In this document: positions 39,501 to 51,500 of the stretch, in pieces
Layout of the letters: every line of letters starts with the position of its first letter
How positions within the stretch are numbered: the stretch's first letter is position 1
NCBI GenBank assembly: GCA_950097015.1
Contig: CATNEN010000038.1
Coordinates: forward strand, 19,654,001-19,718,000
Reading direction: 5' to 3'
DNA: 64,000 nucleotides
Origin: Macrostomum hystrix
Lineage: Eukaryota; Animalia; Platyhelminthes
Translations under genes and position numbers: made by a program
Notes under the pieces: generated by a model
What the model was told of the DNA's origin: nothing
Seen by the model: only the letters and a program-made list of their open reading frames with translations
Databases searched by the model: none

Positions 39501-42500
39501 TTCTAGAAGTAGCCAGATTGACGCCACAGAAGAGCATCCACCTGAAGAGGTGAGTCCAGTGGAATGTATGGCTAATCTATTTAATTGATGAATGAATATA
39601 GTGGATTGCTAAACTATCCCCAACGGATGAAGGAATATAATGGATTGCTAATCAATTTAATTGATGAAGGAATATAGTGGATTGCTAAACTATCCCAATG
39701 CATAAAGGAATAATGGACTATTAATCTACTGCACAATTTGCAGCACGCAGGTCATTCATTGGTGCTTGGAGCAAGCTGCCTTGCGCATAGCAAGGCAGAC
39801 AGCAATCTGTTTATTTTGGATCCAGCAAAGCTTGAAAAGGTTTTTAATAAATTGAAGCAGTTGTTAATTTCTCACAACGAAGAATCAAGGCATGCTCACA
39901 CTTTTGTGTGTCATACAGTTTACAATTAAACTAATTTCTTAATGCGGATTGGAATAAGCATAGGACTGCATGCTCATCATTCTTAAAGTTGCGGAACCTA
40001 AATGAAGCACATTTTTTCTTTTTAACGGGACAGATTGTTTTTCGGTTAATCTATTTTTTGTCTATTATTTATTTTTTTACTTTGTCTGTATTTCTAGTTC
40101 TTGCTTCAATTTGTGAAAAGCATATTTTTTAACAAGTTTAGAATTTTTCGTTACATATCGGCTATTAGAAACTTATTAGCTTTTAAATATTTTTAAAAAA
40201 TATTGGGTATAACTTTTTTTAAAGAATGCATAGCAGACAAACTGAAGGATAACAGACAAACTGAGGGGATAACTGACAAACTGAGGGGATAACAGACAAA
40301 CTGAGGGGATACAGACAAACTGAGGGGATAACTGACAAACTGAGGGGATAACTGACAAACTGAGGGGATAACTGACAAACTGAGGGGATAACTGACAAAC
40401 TGAGGGGATAACAGACAAACTGAGGGGATAACAGACAAACTGAGGGGATAACTAACACACTGAGGGGATAACTGACAAACTGAGGGGATAACTGACAAAC
40501 TGAGGGGATAACAGACAGACTGAGGGGATAACAGACAAACTGAGGGGATAACAGACAGACTGAGGGGATAACTGACAGACTGAGGGGATAACTGACAAAC
40601 TGAGGGGATAACTGACAAACTGAGGGGATAACTGACAAACTGAGGGGATAACTGACAAACTGAGGGGATAACAGACAAACTGGGCGGATAACTAACACAC
40701 TGAGGGGATAACTGACAAACTGAGGGGATCACTGACAAACTGAGGGGATAACTGACAAACTGAGGGGATAACTAACACACTGACGGGATAACTGACAGAC
40801 TGAGGGGATAACTGACAAACTGAGGGGATAACTGACAAACTGAGGGGATAACTGACACACTGAGGGGATAACTGACAGACTGAGGGGATAACTGACAAAC
40901 TGAGGGGATAACTGACAAACTGAGGGGATAACAGACAAACTGGGCGGATAACTAACACACTGAGGGAATAACTGACAAACTGAGGGGATAACTGACAAAC
41001 TAATAGGATACTATTCAAAGTTCTGAAAGCGGCGTAAAAGTAGTTCTATGCAGAAATTCATGACTTTGTTTACATTTTCGACCTTCTCTACTTTTTTGTA
41101 ATAAAGTCAAGCTTTTCGTAGACAAAATCTCACACAACTTCAAACTCAGATGAACGGCTCACTGAGTTATATTCGACATTCGGCGTCGAGAAAGAAAGCG
41201 ATGAAAGTTTTTGAAAACGCCGAGACAAGTCATCCTGGAACTCCGGCTGGCGTGTCAAGTGGCGTGAAAGGGTGAGAATTTGGAGAATTATCAGTTTTTT
41301 ACGAATTATACGAATTTTACGAGCAGCAAGAAGTTAGAACCAATTCCAATTAGCGAGAAGTAAGAAGTTAGAACCAATCAGCGAGCTGTAAGAAGCTAGA
41401 ACCAATCAGCGAGCTGTAAGAAGTTAGAACAAATCAGCGAGCTAATCAGCGAGCTCAGCAGAAAATTGATGGACCAGCCAATCAGTAAACGGCAAGGGGC
41501 ACAGAGAAAATTTTCGATTGAGTGAGCGCAACCAATCAGAACAGACGTATTCAGATAACAAAAGGGGTTAAATATACTTTCCCTTCTCAATGAAGATCAT
41601 GGCAGGACAACCCTAAGGCTAATATATATAACATAACATTTCTAACAGCAGCAACAGCAGCAGCAGTGCTCAGGCAGCGGAGCCGGATCCAACCAGTCAG
41701 AGCCGCTACAATCCGCACCAGGGCGCCACATTTCGGCCTAATCCGTCCTACCAGAGCGAAATTGTCGGAAGAGCCTACGGCGACGAGTCCAGCGGCGCCG
41801 GCAACGGCTACGGAAGCCTAGGCGGCTACGGCGAGGCGGCGACCAATGAAAATCCGCCGGCGTCGCTTGTGCGCGGCCGTCAGCAACAGAGAAAATACCA
41901 GAGAGGTGATTCAGGCTTTGGGAAATCCTTTAAACCTCTTCGCTTCAATTACGCAGTGAACTCGATGTCTTCTGACCCCCCTGTGTTTTTCAATCTTGGA
42001 ATCAAGGAGAGGTCATCTGACCCACCTATGATCATTCAATATTCGAGTCAAGGAGGTCATCTGACCCCCACTGGGATCATTCAATCTTTGAATCAAGGAG
42101 GTCATTTGACCCCCACTGTGATCTTGGAATCAAGGAGGTCATCTGACCCCCTATGATCATTCAATCTTCGAGTCAAGGAGGTCATCTGATCCCCCTGTGA
42201 TCCCTCAACCTTTGAACCAAGTAGTCAAGGATTTTATAGTCAAGGACGAACCCACATCGTACAGAACACTGTATCAATATTTCTCTGCGTAGTGGTACAG
42301 ACATTTTGAAGCCTCAATCGCATAAACACCGCAGGCGCCTATAGCAGCTCACCTGTGCAGCCATCGACTGCCGGCCAAGTCGACGCCGCGGATTCCGAAC
42401 TGGCGTCTCAGCGGCCGACACGCGAACCCGAGTTTAACATTGTCGGCAGAGGTAAGTTAAATTTTGCGATGCCGCTAACTCTCTACTCATAAGTAGCGGC

Positions 42501-45500
42501 AATGGAAAATGAGTAGATTTTTGTTTAAAAGCAAAAAAATTAAATATATGTAAGTCGAAAACTTGACCATGTCACGTGACTGCTTAAAAATTTCTACCCA
42601 GACTCTCCTTCGGTAAAAGGCGACGAAGCATCGGGTAAAAGCAATTGTTAAAATATCTATACCGAGATTTTAAACTGCTAAAATTAGAATCAAAATCCTG
42701 TAAAATGATATTTTGTGTTTTAGTCTGTTGGAATAATGGCAGTTTGATTCGCAGAGGCACATAAAAGTATTTTTATCGATGTTTTCTTAAAAATCTGTTC
42801 GCCTATATTATTTGCGTTGCTAAGCTAAATTCTCAACATATCGCTAATTTAATAAATTTGCCAATTAAGGAAAATTTAAACCGATGCTTTGAAATGAAAT
42901 TGCTTTTAGAAAATATGAGACTTGATGTTTCAAATTCATCAAAAAATGCTAAATAATGCGGGCAGGGCAAAGCAATTGGTGACACTAGACACCCAGACAG
43001 ATACCGTACGCAAGCACAGGTGTGTGCATCTGCCGTGACTTTCTCATCATCAGGCAGTGTACACTCTCACTGTGCCTCGTAGAGGTTGGCCCCCCAATTA
43101 GCGTAAATTGCACGACAAGCCCCAAGCCTTCTCTCCGCGGCTGCGCCCTTAAAAATGTGGCCTCGCCGCCGCGGAATCGAGCTCAGGGACCTCGGTGCGA
43201 GAGGCAAACACGTTACACTGGACGGGTGCTTAGAGTAGTATAATAAGTCTGTTTTTAATGGATTTAATTTTGAACGAATGTAAAAACAGTGTTTTTGAAC
43301 TCGAACAACTCGTTGGCCGCAACACCCACCCAAATTTCTACTCTAGTTGATGCTGGTGCCCATTTCCTTGATTCTCAAGGACACAAAGGTTGTCAGAACT
43401 TTTTTTCAATACATATCGGTGATGTTTCTAAAATTGACCACATCGCAATCCCAGGCGTATTCGAAGTTCAACCAGCGACCGCCAGCCCGCTGCCACGCGC
43501 CGAAGTACTTACCAGCGGCAGCGGCAGCAGCAGCAACTTGGCGTCTGCCGCGACGGCGGCACCCGCGGATTCTGCAGCCCTCTCCGGCGGAGTTCAGGGC
43601 ACCGCCTATCGCTCGAATGTGACCGCTGTGGCCGGTGGCGTCGGAGACGAAGACAGCGGCATCGGTGACGACTCGGGCGCCGACAGAGGACAGGGTCGAG
43701 GTCAGCTTCAACGAACCTTCAGCAACACCCTGCGGGAGAGCATGGCTCAGCGGCAGCGGCAGAGGGCGGCTGCCGAGAGGAGCGGCAGCAAGGCGGAGAC
43801 AGAAGAGGAGGTCCTGATTAGAGAACTGCACAAAGTGAGTTCTCAAATAATTAAAAACAAATTGAATAGCAAACTTCCACCCTAGGAAATTTCGGTATCC
43901 ATTCTGGCTTGGAAGCGAGCCCGTGACCTCGCGTTTATTGTTGCCACGCGTTTACCACTGGTCTATAACCCATTGAGCTATGAAATTGATCACCATTTCT
44001 GGTTCAATAATTAATTAATAGTACGCACACTACTAGCAGTAGGCACATTTGCATTTTACAAACGCAAGTTAAATAAACTCGCTTTTGGTCTGCCTTCCCG
44101 GCAGAAGGCGGGCAATTCTGACACTCCGCAGCTGACACAGAGGCAGCAGCAGGAGCAGGAATTGTCAGACTCTGACAGCGAGCTTGCCAGAGAGCTTCGC
44201 CAAGTAAGACCAGCTTGAGCTTTGCGTGTGCTCAGAGTGACTAACAGCCCGGAATCATGACCTCTCTGCGATGGAATGTTTGACAACTCGTACTGACACA
44301 ATACTTCTGACACAATACTTCTGACACAAACTTGACAAAATTGACAATGTCTGGCACAAAGATTGACAATGTCTGACACAAAGATTGGCAATGTCTGACA
44401 CAAAGATTGGCAATGTCTGACACAAATATTGGCAATGTCTGACACAAAGATTGACAATGTCTGACACAAATATTGACAATGTCTGACACAAATATTGGCA
44501 ATGTCTGACACAAAGATTGACAATGTCTGACACAAAGATTGGCAATGTCTGACACAAAGATTGACAATGTCTGACACTAAAAATTGACAATGTCTGGCAC
44601 AAAGATTGACAATGTCTGACACAAAGATTGACAATGTCTGACACAAAGATTGACAATGTCTGACACAAAGATTGACAATGTCTGACACAAATATTGGCAA
44701 TGTCTGACACAAAGATTGACAATGTCTGACACAAAAAATTGACAATGTCTGACACAAAGATAGGCAATGTCTGACACAAAGATTGACAATGTCTGACACA
44801 AGGATTGACAATGTCTGACACAAAGATTGACAATGTCTGGCACAAAGATTGACAATGTCTGACACAAAGATTGACAATGTCTGGCACAAAAAAATTCACC
44901 ATGTCTGACACAAAGATTGACAATGTCTGACACAAAGACTGACGATGTCTGACACAAGGATGTACAATGTCTGAACAATCCTTATTGCTTGAGTTTCATA
45001 ACTATGTTGTCTGACAGAGAAAAGTATACAAAATTGTATCACTAACATTAACAAAAATACTTTTTTATTACCTGTAAATTAGTTTTTTCTAAGCGAAGGC
45101 ATGTATAACCTACGATCCTATAAAATAGTTTATTATTATAATTACTCATATAAATTTTCAATGTCGAAATTCGTACCAGCCAACCACAGCAAGAGGCAGT
45201 GCCGTGCATAGCCGATTGGACTATGTCCAGATGCTCTTCCAGGTGACATCACCACTGAACTAGTGTCACAATTACCAAGCACAAGTTTAATTTAGTTATT
45301 AATTAATAAAAAATAGTCTTTTAATAGTAGCTGTAGCTGTTAAGCTAGCTACTTTCATTTAAAATATTTCAGGTCTTTGATCTGTAGTATTAGTGAGTAA
45401 GTGAATCATTTAAAATCAAATAAAATAATATACGAGTAGATTAATTGGGGGTTCGGTGGCAGAGCGGTCTAACGCGTTTGCCTCTCGCACCAAGGTCCCT

Positions 45501-48500
45501 GAGCTCGATTCCGCGGCGAGGCCACATTTATTTGCCGCGCAGAGAAGGCTTGGTGGCTTGTCGTGCAATTTACGCACTCAAGAGTCAATCTCCAAGGCAC
45601 AGTGAGAGTGTACACTGCCTGACGATGAGAAAGTCAAGGCAGATGTACACACCTGTGTGTGCCTGCGTACGGTATCTGTGTGCGTGTGTGCTCAGGAGTC
45701 AGCGGAACGGGTCCATGAGGCTTGCCCGCAGGCGAACTGCCCGCAGGAGATTTGCCCGCAGAGATTTGCCCGCAGGAGATTTGCCCGCAGGAGATCTGCC
45801 CGTCGAGATTTGCCCGTCGAGATTTTCCCGTCGAGATTTGCCCGTCGAGATTTGCCCGTCGAGATTTCCCCGTCGAGATTTGCCCGTCGAGATTTTCCCG
45901 TCGAGATTTGCCCGCAGAGATTTTCCCGCAATGCAGCTTTAATCTTGCAAAAATCGACTTATACTTATCGAAATTATTTACCTGCCAGATTTCAACCGTG
46001 TGAATCTGAAAGTCTTACTGCCGCAAATGCATAAGACATTTCTTTGGCATTCCGCAGACACCTCAAATTTCCTTTCTGCTAAATTACTGTGGCCTGTTCT
46101 ATAATCTTTTGTAGCAGCAATTTTTTTCTGGTGCCTGGTGGTAGGGATGGTAAAATCCCGGCTAGTTTCCAATCCCAGGATTGTCGGGTTCGGGATATTC
46201 CTGTCCAACTCCCATAAAATCCCCAGCATTTTCAGTCCCAGCAAATCCCGAAAAATTGAAATCCCGCTGAATGGTGGGCAATTTTAAGTCTATGTAAGGG
46301 CCAGATTATAAAATGTCGTGGGGTCCCCGACATGCACCATATAGGACTCCATGGCTTATTTACTGGATTTGGCGTTCGGTGGTTGAGTTGATCGAGGTGA
46401 TAAAATCAAGGCGGCTGACATGTGACTTTGAAACAGACAGCGCTCCGCCAGCTAGAGATTCCAATACCGGGACCGGGATTTGAGAGCAAACACCTGGAAT
46501 TCCAATCCCAGGACTTAAAATTGCCCACCATTCAGCGGGATTTCAATTTTTCAGGATTTGCTGGGACTGAAAATGCTGGGGATTTTATGGGAGTTGGACA
46601 GGAATATCCCGAACCCGACAATCCTGGGATTGGAAACTAGCCGGGATTTTACCATCCCTACCACCAGGCACCAGAAAAAAATTGCTGCTACAAAAGATTA
46701 TAGAACAGGCTACAGTAATTTAGCAGAAAGGAAATTTGAGGTGTCTGCGGAATGCCAAAGAAATATCTTATGCATTTGCGGCAGTAAGACTTTCAGATTC
46801 ACACGGTTGAAATCTGGCAGGTAAATAATTTCGATAAGTATAAGTCGATTTTTGCAAGATTAAAACTGCATTGCGAGAAAATCTCTGCGGGCAAAACTCG
46901 ACGGGAAAATCTCCTGCGGGCAAGTCTCGTGCTCCCCAGCGGAACGGGCAGAACGGGCAATTATGACTATATATAATAGTTAATATAGATTAACAAGTAC
47001 AACACAAGTGACATGCTTCTCAGATGTCAAAAACTTCGCTTAAAGGTCCTTAACACACAAGTACACTGTTATTTACGTTAAAGCAATTAATACACTAAAT
47101 AACTCGTCCAGTAATTACTCAGAATATATCAACCGTTCAAAATAACATTAAAGACTATTTGTAACAAAAAAAATCTTCAAGTAGCATAATAAGCGTTTTC
47201 ATTTTTTAATCTCTAAAAGTTTAGTCAACGTCACAACCATCTAATGATAAAAAATTGAATTCGTGCGACGAAACTTCGCTAAAAGTTAAAACAAATCCGA
47301 TAAGATAAAAATTACAATTTCAGGAACAGCTAGCGATCTCTAATCGGCACTCGGAAAGCATTGGAGCTGACAGCGATTCGGAGAGCAATAAAGGATCCGT
47401 GAAAAACTTCGCCTTGGCCAATCTCAACAGAAAAGCTTCTGATCGTGAGTGATGAAGCTGCAATTCCTAGAAATTGATGATTTAATATTGATTAATTTCT
47501 TAGTGATAGAGATCGAGGTTCAGTAGAACTGTTGACCTCCTAGATTCTCTTAGCAGAGGGGTCACTTGACCTCCTAGATTCTCTAAGCAGAGGGGTCACC
47601 TGACCTCCTAGATTCTAGAAGTATAGAGGTCACTTGACCTCCCTATTTCTGCCAGTCAAGGGGGTCGATTGACCTCAGATTCTAACATTAAAGGGGGTCA
47701 CTTGACCTCCATAATTCTGTCAGTTACGGGGGTCATTTGACCTAACAGATTTATTAAAAAAGGGGGTCACTTGACCTTCGAGATTCTGTAAATAAGGGAG
47801 TCACTTGACCTCCTTCACAGCCGCAAGTAACTTTGACCCCACTCGCAATTCCCGCCCGCCAACCCGCAGAAAACTTCGGCCCGACGTCAGCCGATCCGTC
47901 GGCAGCGAAGCCGCCGGCGCCGCGGCGCAACCTGAGCCGACCTCCGCGACCTTCGCCGAGTGAGCCGCCAGTCGCCAGCGATCAGATTCAGGCGGCAGTC
48001 ACAGGCCCGCTAGCCAATCCGGAGCGCGCTCTGCAGGAAGCCATGACTCGCCTCCAGGACCCCGACTGGCAGGCCAAATGCGACGGCCTTCAACTAGTTC
48101 AACGCCTGGCCGCCAACCACCCCGAAGTTGCTGGCCGAGAGCTGCACCAGCTCATTCTGGCAATCATTGCCGAGGTGAAAAACCTGCGCTCCCAGGTGTC
48201 CAGATTGGCCATTCAATGCCTGAGCACTGTGATGCAGCACCTTGGCAAACGGATGGACGCGGAATTGGAACAATGCGCCAAAATACTGCTGCTCAAAGGC
48301 GGCGAGACGAATAAGTGTGTGAAATCAGTAGTATGACCTGAATAATAATAATAATTACAGGAGGGCTGCGGGCATGGCACATCACTTGGTGACACTAGAC
48401 CTGCAGCCAGCGAGGAGGCAATTCTGCCCATTTCGCTGACTCCTGAGCACACACGAACACAGATACTGTACGCAAGCATACGCTCACACAGGAGTGTACA

Positions 48501-51500
48501 TCTGCCGTGACTTTCTCATCGTCAGGCAGTGTACACTCTCACTGTGCCTTGGAGGTTGGCCCTCAAGGGCGTAAACTGCACGACAAGCCCCCATGCCTTC
48601 TCTCTGCGGCTGTCGCCCCAAATAAATGTGGCCTCGCCGCGGAATCGAACTTAGGGACCGGGGTGCGAGAGGCAAACGCGATAACCGCTCTGCCACCGAC
48701 CCCCCAGTATGACCTGCATTTTTTAATTTATATAAATAATTTCAATTCAGATTCATTTTGGAGGACACAGAGGAAGCCTTGATGAGCATGGTGGAGTTCT
48801 GCAATCAAGCCCGAGCCCTAGGGGCTATAATTCAGGTGTGAACTCGGCTGTGTTTTCATGTTCAATGGGACTTAAAGAGTGAGGGAGATAACAAGAGAAT
48901 GAGAGGGGGAAGACAGAGAGAGAGAATAAAGAGAGAATGGGAAAGAGAATGATAAAGAATGAGGGACGGAATGAGGGTGAGAATGGAGGGGGAATGGGGG
49001 AGAGAATAGGGGAGAATGGGGGAGAGAATGAGGGGGAGAATGGGGGAGAGAATGAGGGTGGAGAATGGGGGGGAAGAATGGGGGAGAAGAATGGGGGAGA
49101 GAATGGGGGAGAGAATGAGGGGAACAATGTTGGTAGTGAATTGGGGATAATGAGAGAGCAAGAAGGTAGAATGATGGATCGAAAGTCAAGGGTGATAGCC
49201 AGCTCAACGTGCTCAACACCTTACAAAAATCAGGGCGGGGCCAGCCACAAGAGCTCTCAGGTGCGAAGCCTTTGCGCCCAGACCCTGTCAGAGCTCTGCG
49301 ACCGCATGGGCCCCGGCCGGGTGCTGTCGGGCGTCAAGGATGTCACCGACAAGCTGTTGGTCACCGCGGCAAACCTGTGCCTCGACGGCAGTCAGGAAAC
49401 TCGCTACTGGGGCCGCAAGATTCTCTATCCGCTGCTGGGCCATCAGGACTTTGACGCCCTGTTGAGCAAGCACGTCTCCTCGACTGTCATGCGCAACCTC
49501 AAGGACATCCTGGAGAATCTGCGTCAGAAAGGCGTCGGCGATCAGCCACCGTCGGCGTTCAGCGCCGGAGGCCGCAGTCGCCGGGGAACGTCGGCCGGGT
49601 CGGCGGATTCCGGCAGCGTGGCCGGCTCCTACGCCTCCTCCGGTCAGTCGGCACCGATGGGCCGTCAGCGGGCTGGCGTCGCCAGCAACAGCAGGCTCAG
49701 CGAGGCAGCCGCCGATCTCGTCAAATCGGCCTGCCAGCAGCTGAACGCCACCGACTGGAAGGAGCGGCTAGCGGGCATCGACCAGCTGGCGGAGCTGAGC
49801 GGCGACAAGCCAGATTTGGTCGGCCAGTGCATTGTCAAGGTGAGACAGGGAGATCGTGGCTCAATGGTTGGAGGTTCGGACTTTAGTAGCCTAGAGAGGT
49901 CGGGAGTTCGAGTTTTAGCCAAAAGTCCATAGACTGATGATAATGATAATAATTGCAGGAGGGCTGCGGGCAATGGCACATCATTTGGTCCCGCAGTCAG
50001 CGATGAGGCAATTCTGCCCATTTCGCCGACTCCTGAGTATAACACACGCACACAGATACTGTACGCAGGTTCACGCTAACACAGGCGTGTACATCTGCCC
50101 TGACTTTCTCATCGTCAGGCAGTGTACACTCTCACTGTGCCTTGGAGGTTGGTCCTCGAGGGCGTAAATTGCACGACAAGCCACCAAGCCTTCTCTCCGC
50201 GGCTGCGTCCCAAATAAATGTGGCCTCGCCGCGGAATCGAGCTCAGGGACCTTGGTGCGAGAGGCAAACGCGTTTGACTGCTCTGCCACTCATCACTCAT
50301 CCATATCCCCAGCTGTACATAGGCTTTACAAGGCGCCACGCAATAGCTGTGGCTGGCGTGCCACTGGCTGTACCCTACTTGGTTTATTGTCTTTTTGTCC
50401 GTGTTTCTCCTTTGAAATTGCAATGTCTCGTTCGCCTTTTTGTGTCTCTCATTGTTGCGAAGGTCTCGTTAGGGCACAGGGAAAATTCTGGGAGATAGGG
50501 AGATTTTCGTAGACTTAAAGAGGGAGAATAGATACAGAGTTTGATGGGGAGAATAGGAGAGTTAGAGGGGGAGAATAGGAGAGTTAGAGGGGGAGAATAG
50601 GAGAGTTAGAGGGGGAGAATAGGAGAGTTAGAGGGGGAGAATAGGAGAGTTAGAGGGGGAGAATAGGAGAGTTAGAGGGGGAGAATAGGAGAGCTAGAGG
50701 GGGAGAATAGGAGAGTTAGAGGGGGAGAATAGGAGAGCTAGAGGGGGAGAATAGGAGAGCTAGATAGGGAGAATAGGAGAGTTAGAGGGAGAGAATAGGA
50801 GAGTTAGAGGGGGAGAATAGGAGAGTTAGAGGGAGAGAATAGGAGAGTTAGAGGGAGAGAATAGGAGAGTTAGAGGGGGAGAATAGGAGAGTTAGAGTGG
50901 GAGAATAGGAGAGTTAGAGGGGGAGAATAGGAGAGTTAGAGGGGGAGAATAGGAGAGTTAGAGGGGGAGAATAGGAGAGTTAGAGTGGGAGAATAGGAGA
51001 GTTAGAGGGGGAGAATAGGAGAGTTAGAGGGGGAGAAAAGATTTGTGTGGGAGGTTGAGTCTGTCTAAGGGAGAAAGTGCGAGAATGTGAGTTAGCCTAT
51101 AACTTCTATCCCTGGTCCCTTCTCAAATCCCATGCAGTTCATGGACGCATTCGCGCCGCGATTATGCGACTCAAACTCGAAGGTGCAACTGCACGCGCTT
51201 GAGACCTCGCTGACGCTGGTTCATCCGTTGAGAAATTATCTACCAGCGGTGGCCAACACTCTGGTGCAGAACGCGGCTCCGGTGTTGTCGTCGAAGTCAG
51301 CCGAGTTGGCAAGCCTAGCCGGCCAGCTGTTGGACGCATTCATATCGGAGCTGGACTCCGAGAAACTGGCCCAGCCATTGGTTCAGGTGAGTTTAGCAGC
51401 TTTTCTTTGTTGGTAACGATCAATCGTCTTTTATCGTGGAATCCTTTGATTTCTAAGAAATAGTCAGCCAGATCTGCAAGCAAACCATTTAAAAAACTGG

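Noticed and set aside
37121-44978. SDRECQTG, SVIPSVCQ and CQTLSIFV repeat ORFs
   Set aside because: Products of the 14-, 20- and 22-bp minisatellites.
45447-45525. tRNA gene
   Set aside because: A/B boxes are present but there is no intact cloverleaf, and the sequence continues into a repeated SINE body.
45610-45710. CTGACGA ... CGAAA in SINE A as a hammerhead ribozyme
   Set aside because: No stem II closing pair next to the core and no stem III/NUH site; CTGAC instead pairs with GTCAG in a simple hairpin.
45978-46824. Duplicated 88-aa ORFs on opposite strands
   Set aside because: A consequence of the inverted arms; no transposase motifs.
47510-47815. CRISPR-like repeat-spacer array
   Set aside because: Eukaryotic intron, spacers are related to each other, and there are no cas genes.
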